A DNA stretch of 64,000 nt. Origin: Candidatus Pacearchaeota archaeon. GTDB lineage: Archaea; Nanobdellota; Nanobdellia; Pacearchaeales; GW2011-AR1. The notes beneath the pieces were generated by a model, which saw only the letters and a program-made list of their open reading frames with translations, was not told the origin of the DNA and ran no database searches. The position numbers and the translations under genes are program-made. Location: contig VGKT01000001.1 of NCBI GenBank assembly GCA_016866955.1, positions 2,556-66,555 of the forward strand. The letters are read 5' to 3'. Shown in pieces: positions 8,685-15,988 of the stretch. How positions within the stretch are numbered: the stretch's first letter is position 1; every line of letters starts with the position of its first letter.

Positions 8685-8726
8685 ATAATAAGGCTATCCA
8701 CTATAATAAGGCTATCCGCTATAATT
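8683..8726. repeat. 18-nt tandem repeat (2 full copies plus a partial) abutting the 5' end of tRNA-Met
   Basis: CTATAATAAGGCTATCC occurs at 8683..8699 and 8701..8717, then CTATAATT at 8719..8726. Each unit holds a TATA-like TTATTATAG (tRNA sense) plus a degenerate copy of the tRNA 5' end. Confidence 0.7.
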
Positions 8727-8753
8727 TTTAAACCTTGCTCTTCTTACAGATAT

Positions 8754-9311
8754 ATGAAAAAAAGAACTATATTGAATGTCCCTAATGCTTTAACTTTTAC
8801 CAGATTTATTTTAACATTTGTCCTTATTTACCTTGTTCTAGCGAAAGCGAAGATTGTTTCTATTGTTGTTGTTTTTATTATTGGTTCTTTAACTGATTTT
8901 TTTGATGGACAAATAGCCAGGAGATTTAATATGGAAACTGAATTTGGAAGAAAGTTAGATATAGTTGCAGATAGATTTTTCTTTATTGGTTTTATTCTTG
9001 CTTTGACTTTTGGCTATTATAGTGAAGGAATAATGACTGAGAACTTAATAATGCAGGTACTCCTTATCCTTTCAAGAGAACTAATAAGTGCTCCCTCTGC
9101 TATCGTTAGTTTTATTGCCAATAAGAAAATGCCGCGTACTAGAAATATAGGTAAACTCGTTACATTCCTACAGGGGGTAACTCTCCCTACCATATTGCTT
9201 AGTACTATCTCCCCCTTCTTTTATTTCTCAATTTACTTATCTATATTGACAGGAATCTGTGGTATTATTTCGGGAATGTATTACATTTATGACTTGCAAA
9301 AGGAGGTGTGA
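8754..9311 (+). CDS. CDP-alcohol phosphatidyltransferase family protein
   Basis: DFFDGQIARRFNMETEFGRKLDIVADR matches the D-G-x2-A-R-x8-G-x3-D-x3-D motif. Multi-TM protein. Confidence 0.85.
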   Translation: MKKRTILNVPNALTFTRFILTFVLIYLVLAKAKIVSIVVVFIIGSLTDFFDGQIARRFNMETEFGRKLDIVADRFFFIGFILALTFGYYSEGIMTENLIMQVLLILSRELISAPSAIVSFIANKKMPRTRNIGKLVTFLQGVTLPTILLSTISPFFYFSIYLSILTGICGIISGMYYIYDLQKEV

Positions 9312-9316
9312 AATAA

Positions 9317-9577
9317 ATGATAAAATATACGATTGAGAAAGAATTTAGACATCATGTTGTCGAATGGAGTGCTACTTTTTTGAGCGTTTTAGGGTCAATT
9401 GTTAATGCAAATAAATTGATTTCTGGATTCTATATCTGGAGTGTTGCCAATATTCTTTGGATAACTTTTGCTATAAAGCATAAACACTGGGGATTACTTG
9501 TAATGAATGTAATTTTCTTTGGTATAAATATATATGGAGTCTTTAGTTGGATGGCTCAAAACGATTGTTCTTGTTAA
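9317..9577 (+). CDS. 3-TM half-size PnuC-like membrane protein
   Basis: VEWSATFLSVLGSIVNANKLISGFYIWSVANILWITFAIKHKHWGLLVMNVIFFGINIYGVFSW. It aligns by eye to one PnuC repeat (..EKISNYFFGLINVTLF...LLLQVFFFAANIYGWYAW). Confidence 0.6.
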   Translation: MIKYTIEKEFRHHVVEWSATFLSVLGSIVNANKLISGFYIWSVANILWITFAIKHKHWGLLVMNVIFFGINIYGVFSWMAQNDCSC

Positions 9578-9837
9578 CTAAAATAAAAGAACTGCTTTGA
9601 CAAAGTAACGAATCACACCATTTAAATAAAGATAGTTTTTATAAATTATAATAAGTTTAATATTCTTAGCAATGTAATCTTTTAAACTACGATCTGGCGT
9701 TCCTTTTATTTTCTTAAATTATCCTATTATTTGATTGATAAAGAAAATATTTTAATTTAAAAATAATATTTGTTAAATATAGCTTTTATACTTTTAAAAG
9801 AATAACTATTTTAAGCCTTCCTTTATTTATTATTATA

Positions 9838-10659
9838 ATGGCAGTCGTAAAAAACGAAGAGAAGATCACTTTTAATTTATCTCCCTCTAGTTTGAACATT
9901 TATTACCAAAGCCCTCTTTTGTTTTATCTGACCTATATCGCAAAAGTGCCTGATGATACAAAAGTCCCCTTGTGTTACGGACTTTCAGGAAGCATCGTAC
10001 ATACTTGCTTGGAGAAATATGCTCGAAAAGAGCTTGATGTTGATGGAGTATACCTTTTATTTGGGAAACTTTGGGGGCAACATCAACTTCATGTCCATAC
10101 AGACGTAAAGGGCGATTTGTTAGAGCCTTTAGATTATCTTAAAGCGATTATTAAAGGAATGCATATTATCGATCAGCATGACGAATATATCTGCGAAGAA
10201 ACAATCGCTTTTCCTTTAAAAGAAAACGATATGATGCGTATCGGAGTTAAGGGAATTATTGATTTGCAAGCACGTAATAAACAGGCAGGAGAGCGTGTAA
10301 TTATTGACTATAAAACAAGTAACAGTGTGCAGCACGATAAACAATTTGAGCGTCAAGCTTTGTTCTATAATTTTCTGTTACATAAACATAAACAACATAT
10401 CCCTACAAAAACTTCGTTCCATTATCTGAAATTGGGTATTGAGAAAGAATATCGTTTTGATGCATTAGATATCAAAGCATTTGAAGAAGAATTACATGCT
10501 ATTGCAGATGAACTTTTAGCATATGGCAATTGTATTGATAACTACCCTATCGGTGATGTGGATGATTTGTTTAACAGCAAAAAGCAAGCATGTTTACGAG
10601 AAGTTTCTCGGCGAACAATGCTCTTAAGTGCTGATTATGTGATGGATGCACAATTGTAA
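9838..10659 (+). CDS. PD-(D/E)XK nuclease superfamily protein (RecB/Cas4-like fold)
   Basis: GVKGIIDL...ERVIIDYKTS...RQALFYNFLL gives the D..(D/E)xK..QxxxY motifs. N-terminal SPSSLNIYYQSPLLFYL. Confidence 0.7.
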   Translation: MAVVKNEEKITFNLSPSSLNIYYQSPLLFYLTYIAKVPDDTKVPLCYGLSGSIVHTCLEKYARKELDVDGVYLLFGKLWGQHQLHVHTDVKGDLLEPLDYLKAIIKGMHIIDQHDEYICEETIAFPLKENDMMRIGVKGIIDLQARNKQAGERVIIDYKTSNSVQHDKQFERQALFYNFLLHKHKQHIPTKTSFHYLKLGIEKEYRFDALDIKAFEEELHAIADELLAYGNCIDNYPIGDVDDLFNSKKQACLREVSRRTMLLSADYVMDAQL

Positions 10660-10699
10660 AGAGCCTCTGATTTTTATGAGTATTTGCTAAAAAAGGAAA

Positions 10700-10784
10700 C
10701 GCCCGGACCAGGATTTGAACCTGGGAATCGCTTGCGCGAAACGGAGTTAGCAACCCCGCGCCGTAACCGCTGGGCCATCCGGGC
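10700..10784 (-). tRNA. tRNA-Ser (anticodon GCT)
   Basis: Hand fold: GCCCGGA acceptor, 3-bp D-stem, CGGGG-TTGCTAA-CTCCG, long variable arm CGC-GCAA-GCG, CCAGG-TTCAAAT-CCTGG. Confidence 0.85.
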
Positions 10785-11095
10785 ATAATGGGAAGGATAA
10801 CTGGGGCGTTATAAAGCTTATTGTAAGAAGTTACAAGGGAAGAACACTGATAATGATAGAGAGGATACTTACTATGCGAATGATTGATTTCTTTTTTTTG
10901 AGTGAAGCTGCAACTCTGAATAACCAAGCAGGATTTACTAAGCCTATGATTCCTTTGATAATGTAAAGTAAAGCGATAAGTTATATCGAAAATGATTCTA
11001 CTAGATAGATACTTGACATGAATTTATGTAGCTTTTGCGTTTGTAAGAAGGATTAATGGGGGGATTGACTTATAGGCAGTCTTGCGTTAGTTTGA

Positions 11096-11428
11096 TTGGT
11101 TGTACGTAGAGGTATTGCATTATACCCTTCTCCTCCGTCTGTTCCAGAACAAATTTCAGGAATACCTTCTAAATCAGTTATTATTGCTCTTGAGGCATCA
11201 CGCTTTACGTATGGTCCTGAAGTATTATATGTAAAGGCTGGACAGAATGTAACAATTCAGATTACTGATGTAGATGCTGTGCATGGAATACAAATTCCTG
11301 CCCTGTAGATTTCAGGTACGAAAAAAGTGACTTTTGTTGCTCCTGCTCCAGGCACTTATGCGTTCTCTTGTCCCACCATGTGTGGCTCGGGCCATCGAGA
11401 AATGAAGGGTTCGCTTATTTTTAAATAA
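11096..11428 (+). pseudogene. cupredoxin-domain gene remnant (CuA-like C-x3-C-x3-H-x2-M) lacking its N-terminus, with an in-frame TAG
   Basis: ...VKAGQNVTIQITDVDAVHGIQIPAL-TAG(11306..11308)-ISGTKKVTFVAPAPGTYAFSCPTMCGSGHREMKGSLIFK-TAA. TGA lies immediately upstream of 11096. No ATG or signal peptide. Confidence 0.6.
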
Positions 11429-11459
11429 GATTTATATATTCCTTTCATGTATATCTTGT

Positions 11460-11810
11460 ATGAAACAGGTGTTTGCTTTTTTGATGATGGGTCTATTGGT
11501 ACTTTCTCTTGTCCCTTTTGCACTTGCAGAAGAAAATGAATCAGCGAGAAAAGGGCTTCGTGCAGATAAACGTGCTATGAAACAAACAAAAGCCCTGTGT
11601 GCACGTGAAGCTGCTCAGACAGAAAAATCTTGTTTTGTTGCTGCAAAGGAAACTGCGAAGACTTGTAAACTTGCTGCAAAGGAAACTGCTCAAACTGATA
11701 AAACGTTAGGAAAACAAGAAGCACAGGCCTGTGCTATTACCTATAAAAAAAGTATGAGGTCCTGTAAAGCTTCATTTAAAGAAAGTACGCTTGCGTGCAG
11801 GCAACAATAA
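11460..11810 (+). CDS. secreted Cys-rich Lys/Ala-rich repeat protein
   Basis: Signal peptide (MKQVFAFLMMGLLVLSLVPFALA). 8 Cys. Internal AAKETA repeat, with an exact 17-nt DNA repeat at 11640..11656 and 11673..11689. Confidence 0.55.
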   Translation: MKQVFAFLMMGLLVLSLVPFALAEENESARKGLRADKRAMKQTKALCAREAAQTEKSCFVAAKETAKTCKLAAKETAQTDKTLGKQEAQACAITYKKSMRSCKASFKESTLACRQQ

Positions 11811-12236
11811 ATGCGATTCTGGCGAGCACTCGGGATTAGTATACTGGGCTATTATCTTTTAGGATTAGTACAAATTCTTGTTGCGCTTGCGTTACGTCTT
11901 GATTTGCGTGCCCCTTCGTTACCTTGGTTATTTTGGATTACTTCTACACTCGTTTCTGTTGCAGTTACGTTTGGTTTGATGCATTGGTACTTTAGAGCAC
12001 ATGAATTTATTGGAATACGGCAAGGTTTCTATGCGGGACTCTTTTTTGTGGGAACAGGTATTGTGCTTGATATTATCTATGTGATCGTTCGGGGAGAGTA
12101 TAGTGCACTCTCTGCTCTATTCGCTTCATATTTGGGAAGCCTTGGATTTATACTTCAAGTACTTGCAATTATCTTTACTGCCGCCTTTGTTGGAGAAGCT
12201 CATCACCGACATCGTGGAAAGAAACGGAAGCGATAA
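11811..12236 (+). CDS. hypothetical integral membrane protein
   Basis: 4 hydrophobic segments. The start codon directly abuts the upstream stop. Confidence 0.55.
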   Translation: MRFWRALGISILGYYLLGLVQILVALALRLDLRAPSLPWLFWITSTLVSVAVTFGLMHWYFRAHEFIGIRQGFYAGLFFVGTGIVLDIIYVIVRGEYSALSALFASYLGSLGFILQVLAIIFTAAFVGEAHHRHRGKKRKR

Positions 12237-12265
12237 GTGTATTCTTTATCAAGTGGTGAGATACC

Positions 12266-12273
12266 TATAAATA
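12266..12273 (+). promoter_or_regulatory. TATA box (TATAAATA) upstream of the candidate ncRNA
   Basis: Read directly. Lies about 25-30 nt upstream of where the GC-rich structured segment begins. Confidence 0.35.
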
Positions 12274-12296
12274 GTCCAAGCCATTACACGCAATAA

Positions 12297-12478
12297 GAGG
12301 TGTTTGATTTTAACACATCTTGGGTCCGTTCGGTGGATTAGGGATGCTCGCAGAGCATCAAGATAGTGAACGGAAAAAGTACGCGATGAGCGCAGGGTGG
12401 ATACGAGGCCATGCGCCGAACCCTTCGGGGTGACGTCCGCTCAAACTACGCCAATATCGCGTACTTCATGTTTTCTTA
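12297..12478 (+). ncRNA. candidate structured RNA of unknown class
   Basis: GC-rich island in an intergenic gap. Nested helices: 12326-31/12368-73; 12343-48/12354-59; 12377-87/12455-65 (11 bp); 12388-92/12438-42. CCC-UUCG-GGG hairpin at 12421-30. T-runs at 12471-77 and 12481-85. Confidence 0.35.
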
Positions 12479-12521
12479 GGTTTTTACGTAACATCTATAA
12501 TCTCTCAGGTGCTGTAGTAGT

Positions 12522-13031
12522 ATGGCAACTGAAACAGCAACATTTGCAATGGGGTGCTTTTGGGGCCCAGATGCATTATTTGCGAAGGTACCAGGAGTAA
12601 TGAGTACGCGTGTAGGGTATAGTGGAGGAACGAAGGAGGACCCTACGTATGAAGAAGTATGTACTGAGCGCACTGGACATGCGGAAGCAGTAGAAATTGT
12701 ATTTGACCCGAAGCTTGTTTCGTATGCTCACCTTCTTGATTTATTTTGGCATCATCATAACCCTACCACTCAAGATCACCAAGGCCCTGATTATGGTGCG
12801 CAGTATCGCTCATCTATCTTTTATCATTCTCCTGCACAACAAAAACTCGCCGAACAAACGAAGCACGAGATTCAGAAGCTTTTGAAACAACCTGTGGTGA
12901 CTGAGATTGTCCCTGCCACTCGGTTTTGGTCAGCGGAGGAGTATCATCAACATTATTTTGCAAAGAAAGGTATTACTCGAAGCTGTCATATTAGTTGGAA
13001 AACCACTGCTGAGTTGCAATCGCACGAATAA
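12522..13031 (+). CDS. msrA: peptide methionine sulfoxide reductase MsrA
   Basis: FAMGCFWG active-site motif and GYSGG; typical length. Confidence 0.92.
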   Translation: MATETATFAMGCFWGPDALFAKVPGVMSTRVGYSGGTKEDPTYEEVCTERTGHAEAVEIVFDPKLVSYAHLLDLFWHHHNPTTQDHQGPDYGAQYRSSIFYHSPAQQKLAEQTKHEIQKLLKQPVVTEIVPATRFWSAEEYHQHYFAKKGITRSCHISWKTTAELQSHE

Positions 13032-13581
13032 TCTTTCTTGTTGCTGAAGCTTTTTTATAGGGAGTGAAGGCATGTTCAGTGATAGTGCTTTGATAGTTCT
13101 GGAGTACTTGTGTGAGCGCTGCTTTCGTGAGAAAGGTACGTTTGAAGAGGCTTTTCTTATTTTCACGATAATCGCCTTTTGCGTAGTCTTCAATAAAAAG
13201 TGTACCTGAAGACGTGAGAAATGAATTCAGAAAAGAAAAAAACTTTTTTTGTTCTTTGAGGGAAAGATTGTTCAACAGATAATAACACAAAATACTATCA
13301 AATTTCCCAAGCTCGTGAGGAAGGGCGAACACCTCTGCTTGTACAAAAGTTACTCGCTTATCTTTGATTGTTTCTTGTGCTTGTTTTAATGCCTGGGCTG
13401 AAAAATCAACTGCTACAACTGCCCGGGGTTCTTGTGCGAGAATGGCACGAAGAGTTTTGCCATTGCCACATCCCAATTCAAGAATTCGTTTTCCAGTACA
13501 ACTTCCTTTTGGAAGAGAAGTTGTCTCTCTCTGCCAGCTTTGTTTTTTATAAAATGCATCCCAGAGTGCTTGTTGATTCAT
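12991..13581 (-). CDS. class I SAM-dependent methyltransferase
   Basis: ILELGCGNGK motif I and VVAVDFS motif II. Its 3' end overlaps the msrA 3' end by 41 nt (convergent). Confidence 0.8.
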   Translation of the reverse strand: MNQQALWDAFYKKQSWQRETTSLPKGSCTGKRILELGCGNGKTLRAILAQEPRAVVAVDFSAQALKQAQETIKDKRVTFVQAEVFALPHELGKFDSILCYYLLNNLSLKEQKKFFSFLNSFLTSSGTLFIEDYAKGDYRENKKSLFKRTFLTKAALTQVLQNYQSTITEHAFTPYKKASATRKIIRAIATQQWFSN

Positions 13582-13611
13582 TGAAGAGAGAGGAGGGGCT
13601 TGCTTAAAGAG

Positions 13612-14958
13612 TTAGCGTAATGCTTGCACAATTCGATCAAGACTATTTTGAACACGAACTGGTTGATTAGAAAAAAGATTCTTTTGTTCACTTGTATGAT
13701 ATTCGATGAGCGCTTCTGCATCATTTAAGAGATGTCCGGTGAAAATACCCACTACTCTGTCTGTTTTTTTAATGAGCCCTTCTTCCCTGAGTTTTTTGAT
13801 ACCTGCCAAGGTTGCGGCGGAGGCAGGTTCGCAACCATAGCCATTGCGCGTGACCACTGCTTGTGCTTCAAGCATTTCAGCGTCCGTTGCTTCACGTACC
13901 ACTCCGTTTGTCCATTCCAACATACGAAGGGCTTTGTAAAAATTAACGGGACGATTGATTTCAATAGCTGATGCGCGCGTATGTGCTTTTGGTGCATGAG
14001 TAAATGCTTGGCGATAGTGTTCTCGATTCACCTTTCCTCCATTCCAACAAGCCCCTTGTTGTACTAATTGATAGAACATATTTGCACCCTGTGCATTAAT
14101 GACCGCAATACGTGGCATTTTTTGAGTAAGGCCCAATTCATACAATTCGTGCCAGGCTTTCCCAAATGCAGAACAATTACCTAAGTTTCCTCCTGGAACG
14201 ACCACCCAATCAGGAACGTTCCAGTCAAGTCCTTCCCAGACACGATGCATAATGGTCTTTTGCCCTTCAAGGCGGAATGGATTGACTGAATTCATGAGAT
14301 AGATTCCTTCGTTACTTGATACTTCGAGCACGCGAGCCATGGCGTCATCAAAGTCCCCTTCAATTTGGAGTACCGTTGGATCATAGGCGAGTGTTTTCGC
14401 TAATTTTCCTCGGGCAATTTTACCATCTCCGATAAATACTGCTGCACGCATTTGATTAAGTTCGTTTGCGGCGAATGCGGCAACTGAAGCCGATGTATTT
14501 CCTGTTGATGCGCACGCCACATACGTTCTTCCGAGCATTTTTGCGTGTGTAAATGCTGCCGCCATACCATTATCTTTGAATGAACCTGTGGGGTTGTTCC
14601 CTTCGAATTGGAACCAGACATTTTCAGAAGGCACACCTGCATATTCTGCTGCGCGCGTTACATGAATTGGCCAGGTATTTCCTTCCATGCCGTCCAAGGA
14701 AACGAGATTCTGTTCTTTGCGACTGTGTTCAAGATAAAAAGGAAGTAAATGACGAAATCGCCAAACTCCGCTTCTGTCTTGTACATTAGCATTATTCATT
14801 CTCCGTAATTGTGCTAATTCTTTCACTGTAGAAGCATCAATACCGGTATAACGAACATCAAGTAAACCCTTACACTCCTTACACTCATTTGCGTCTGAGT
14901 CGACAGTATACCGTGCGTCACATTCTGGAAAAATACAATGCAATTGTGCGTGTACCAT
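13612..14958 (-). CDS. thrC: threonine synthase
   Basis: N-terminal Cys-rich ribbon, PLP lysine motif NPTGSFKDNG, and ASTGNTSAS. Confidence 0.9.
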   Translation of the reverse strand: MVHAQLHCIFPECDARYTVDSDANECKECKGLLDVRYTGIDASTVKELAQLRRMNNANVQDRSGVWRFRHLLPFYLEHSRKEQNLVSLDGMEGNTWPIHVTRAAEYAGVPSENVWFQFEGNNPTGSFKDNGMAAAFTHAKMLGRTYVACASTGNTSASVAAFAANELNQMRAAVFIGDGKIARGKLAKTLAYDPTVLQIEGDFDDAMARVLEVSSNEGIYLMNSVNPFRLEGQKTIMHRVWEGLDWNVPDWVVVPGGNLGNCSAFGKAWHELYELGLTQKMPRIAVINAQGANMFYQLVQQGACWNGGKVNREHYRQAFTHAPKAHTRASAIEINRPVNFYKALRMLEWTNGVVREATDAEMLEAQAVVTRNGYGCEPASAATLAGIKKLREEGLIKKTDRVVGIFTGHLLNDAEALIEYHTSEQKNLFSNQPVRVQNSLDRIVQALR

Positions 14959-14999
14959 AGAGTTGTGGTTTGTAATGGCTATAAAAAGCTATGGATAGG

Positions 15000-15197
15000 T
15001 TATTTCCCTAACTTATCGTCGAGCTTTTGTTCTGATTGATGAAGTTTAACACCGAGCTTTTGCAGTTCCTGTGCATGAGCTTGAATAAGGGAATCGACAA
15101 TGCCTACCATCTTTGCGAGCTCATTCCGTTCTGCTAACAAAGTATTGAGGGAACCTTTATGGAAACCAATTTGTTCATCCTTTGACATTTCGACCAT
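15000..15197 (-). CDS. hypothetical small coiled-coil protein
   Basis: 65-aa charged helical ORF; no family recognised. Confidence 0.4.
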   Translation of the reverse strand: MVEMSKDEQIGFHKGSLNTLLAERNELAKMVGIVDSLIQAHAQELQKLGVKLHQSEQKLDDKLGK

Positions 15198-15246
15198 ACC
15201 TTTGTATCTTGCTGAACGTATATAAAGGCAAGGCTTCTTGTGAGTG

Positions 15247-15514
15247 TATGAAAAAGAACACTGATTCTATTTTACTATATAGTAAACGAGGATGCCCATA
15301 TTGTAATGCTTTGAAAGACTTATTGAAAGAAGAAAAGATACCTTACATTGAAATTGACGTGCAAAAAGAAGATGCAAGTGGAGCGGTGCATCGAGAAGGA
15401 CGAATCCCTGTTCCACAAGTTGAATATAATGGCACGATCATCTTTGATTATACCACTGAAGAAGCTTTAGTTGAAACGGTGAAACGATTGTTGAAAACGA
15501 GTAGGTTGGATTAA
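15247..15514 (+). CDS. glutaredoxin-like protein (CPYC)
   Basis: ILLYSKRGCPYCNALKDLL...PVPQV...G. Start trimmed to ATG 15247. Confidence 0.8.
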
Positions 15515-15517
15515 TTT

Positions 15518-15988
15518 TTATAACGATAACACATTCAACAATGTGGCGAAGGCTAACCAGACAGCATAGGGATAAAGAAGATATTGTGCTGGTTTTGATA
15601 GTTGTGAAGTATAATGAATCATCATGAGACCGGAAATATCGATAAGTATAATGTCTATAAGGCCTGCGAGAGGAGAGCGAAGACTGAAATAGAAAAATGT
15701 CCAGGTTGCGTTTGCAATGAGATTAATGCCAAACCAAGTAAGCAATTTTGCTCGTTGTGATGAGGATGCAGGATTCCAAGCAAACCAAAAGGAAATTGCA
15801 ATTAAAGCATAGAGTATTGACCAGACAATAGGAAACACAGAGGACGGGGGAGTAAGAATTGGTTTAATTGCTTGATACCATTCAGATTGGACTGTTTCAG
15901 TAGTGTACTGTGCGCCGAGAAATCCTGCTCCGTACCAGAGGAGCAGTGCTATCAAAAGTACCGATTTGTTGGGGATTAATGTGGGCAT
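15518..15988 (-). CDS. TspO/MBR tryptophan-rich sensory protein
   Basis: 5 TM segments, W-rich. WYQAIKPILTPPSSVFPIVWSILYALIAISFW is typical of TspO. Confidence 0.85.
   Translation of the reverse strand: MPTLIPNKSVLLIALLLWYGAGFLGAQYTTETVQSEWYQAIKPILTPPSSVFPIVWSILYALIAISFWFAWNPASSSQRAKLLTWFGINLIANATWTFFYFSLRSPLAGLIDIILIDISGLMMIHYTSQLSKPAQYLLYPYAVWLAFATLLNVLSL

Noticed and set aside
9578-9837. A replication origin in the extremely AT-rich spacer
   Set aside because: There is no orc1/cdc6 gene nearby and no repeated ORB-like boxes, only one short inverted repeat. It is more likely a promoter/terminator spacer.
10571-10927. 118-aa ORF overlapping tRNA-Ser. The same situation occurs at 22107..22334 over tRNA-Leu, at 37689..38042 over 5S rRNA, and at the 38989 start of the secF ORF inside tRNA-Gly.
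   Set aside because: These ORFs run through hand-folded RNA genes. They were discarded, or the start was trimmed to the first ATG after the RNA.
10785-11095. A possible C/D-box sRNA (AATGATAG ... CTGA) or small ORFs between tRNA-Ser and the cupredoxin remnant
   Set aside because: The box sequences deviate from RUGAUGA/CUGA at key positions. No terminal stem is present. The ORFs are under 20 codons.
11306-11308. In-frame TAG read as pyrrolysine or programmed read-through
   Set aside because: TAG ends several ordinary genes in this window. The gene also lacks a start and an N-terminus. No pyl genes were seen. Pseudogene is the simpler explanation.
12237-12521. Identity of the structured region as RNase P RNA, SRP RNA, an H/ACA or C/D sRNA, a split tRNA half or a riboswitch
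   Set aside because: The expected universal motifs are absent: GGAAAGUCC/ACAGAA around P4, the GNAR-capped helix 8 loop motifs, ACA or C/D boxes, and a 7-nt anticodon loop with U33. msrA has its own TATA downstream of the element. It is kept only as an RNA of unknown class.
12991-13031. 41-nt convergent overlap of the msrA and methyltransferase 3' ends (and the TTAA stop-stop overlap at 38224..38227)
   Set aside because: This is probably just compact genome organisation. Both ORFs have convincing motifs well away from the overlap. No further signal was seen.
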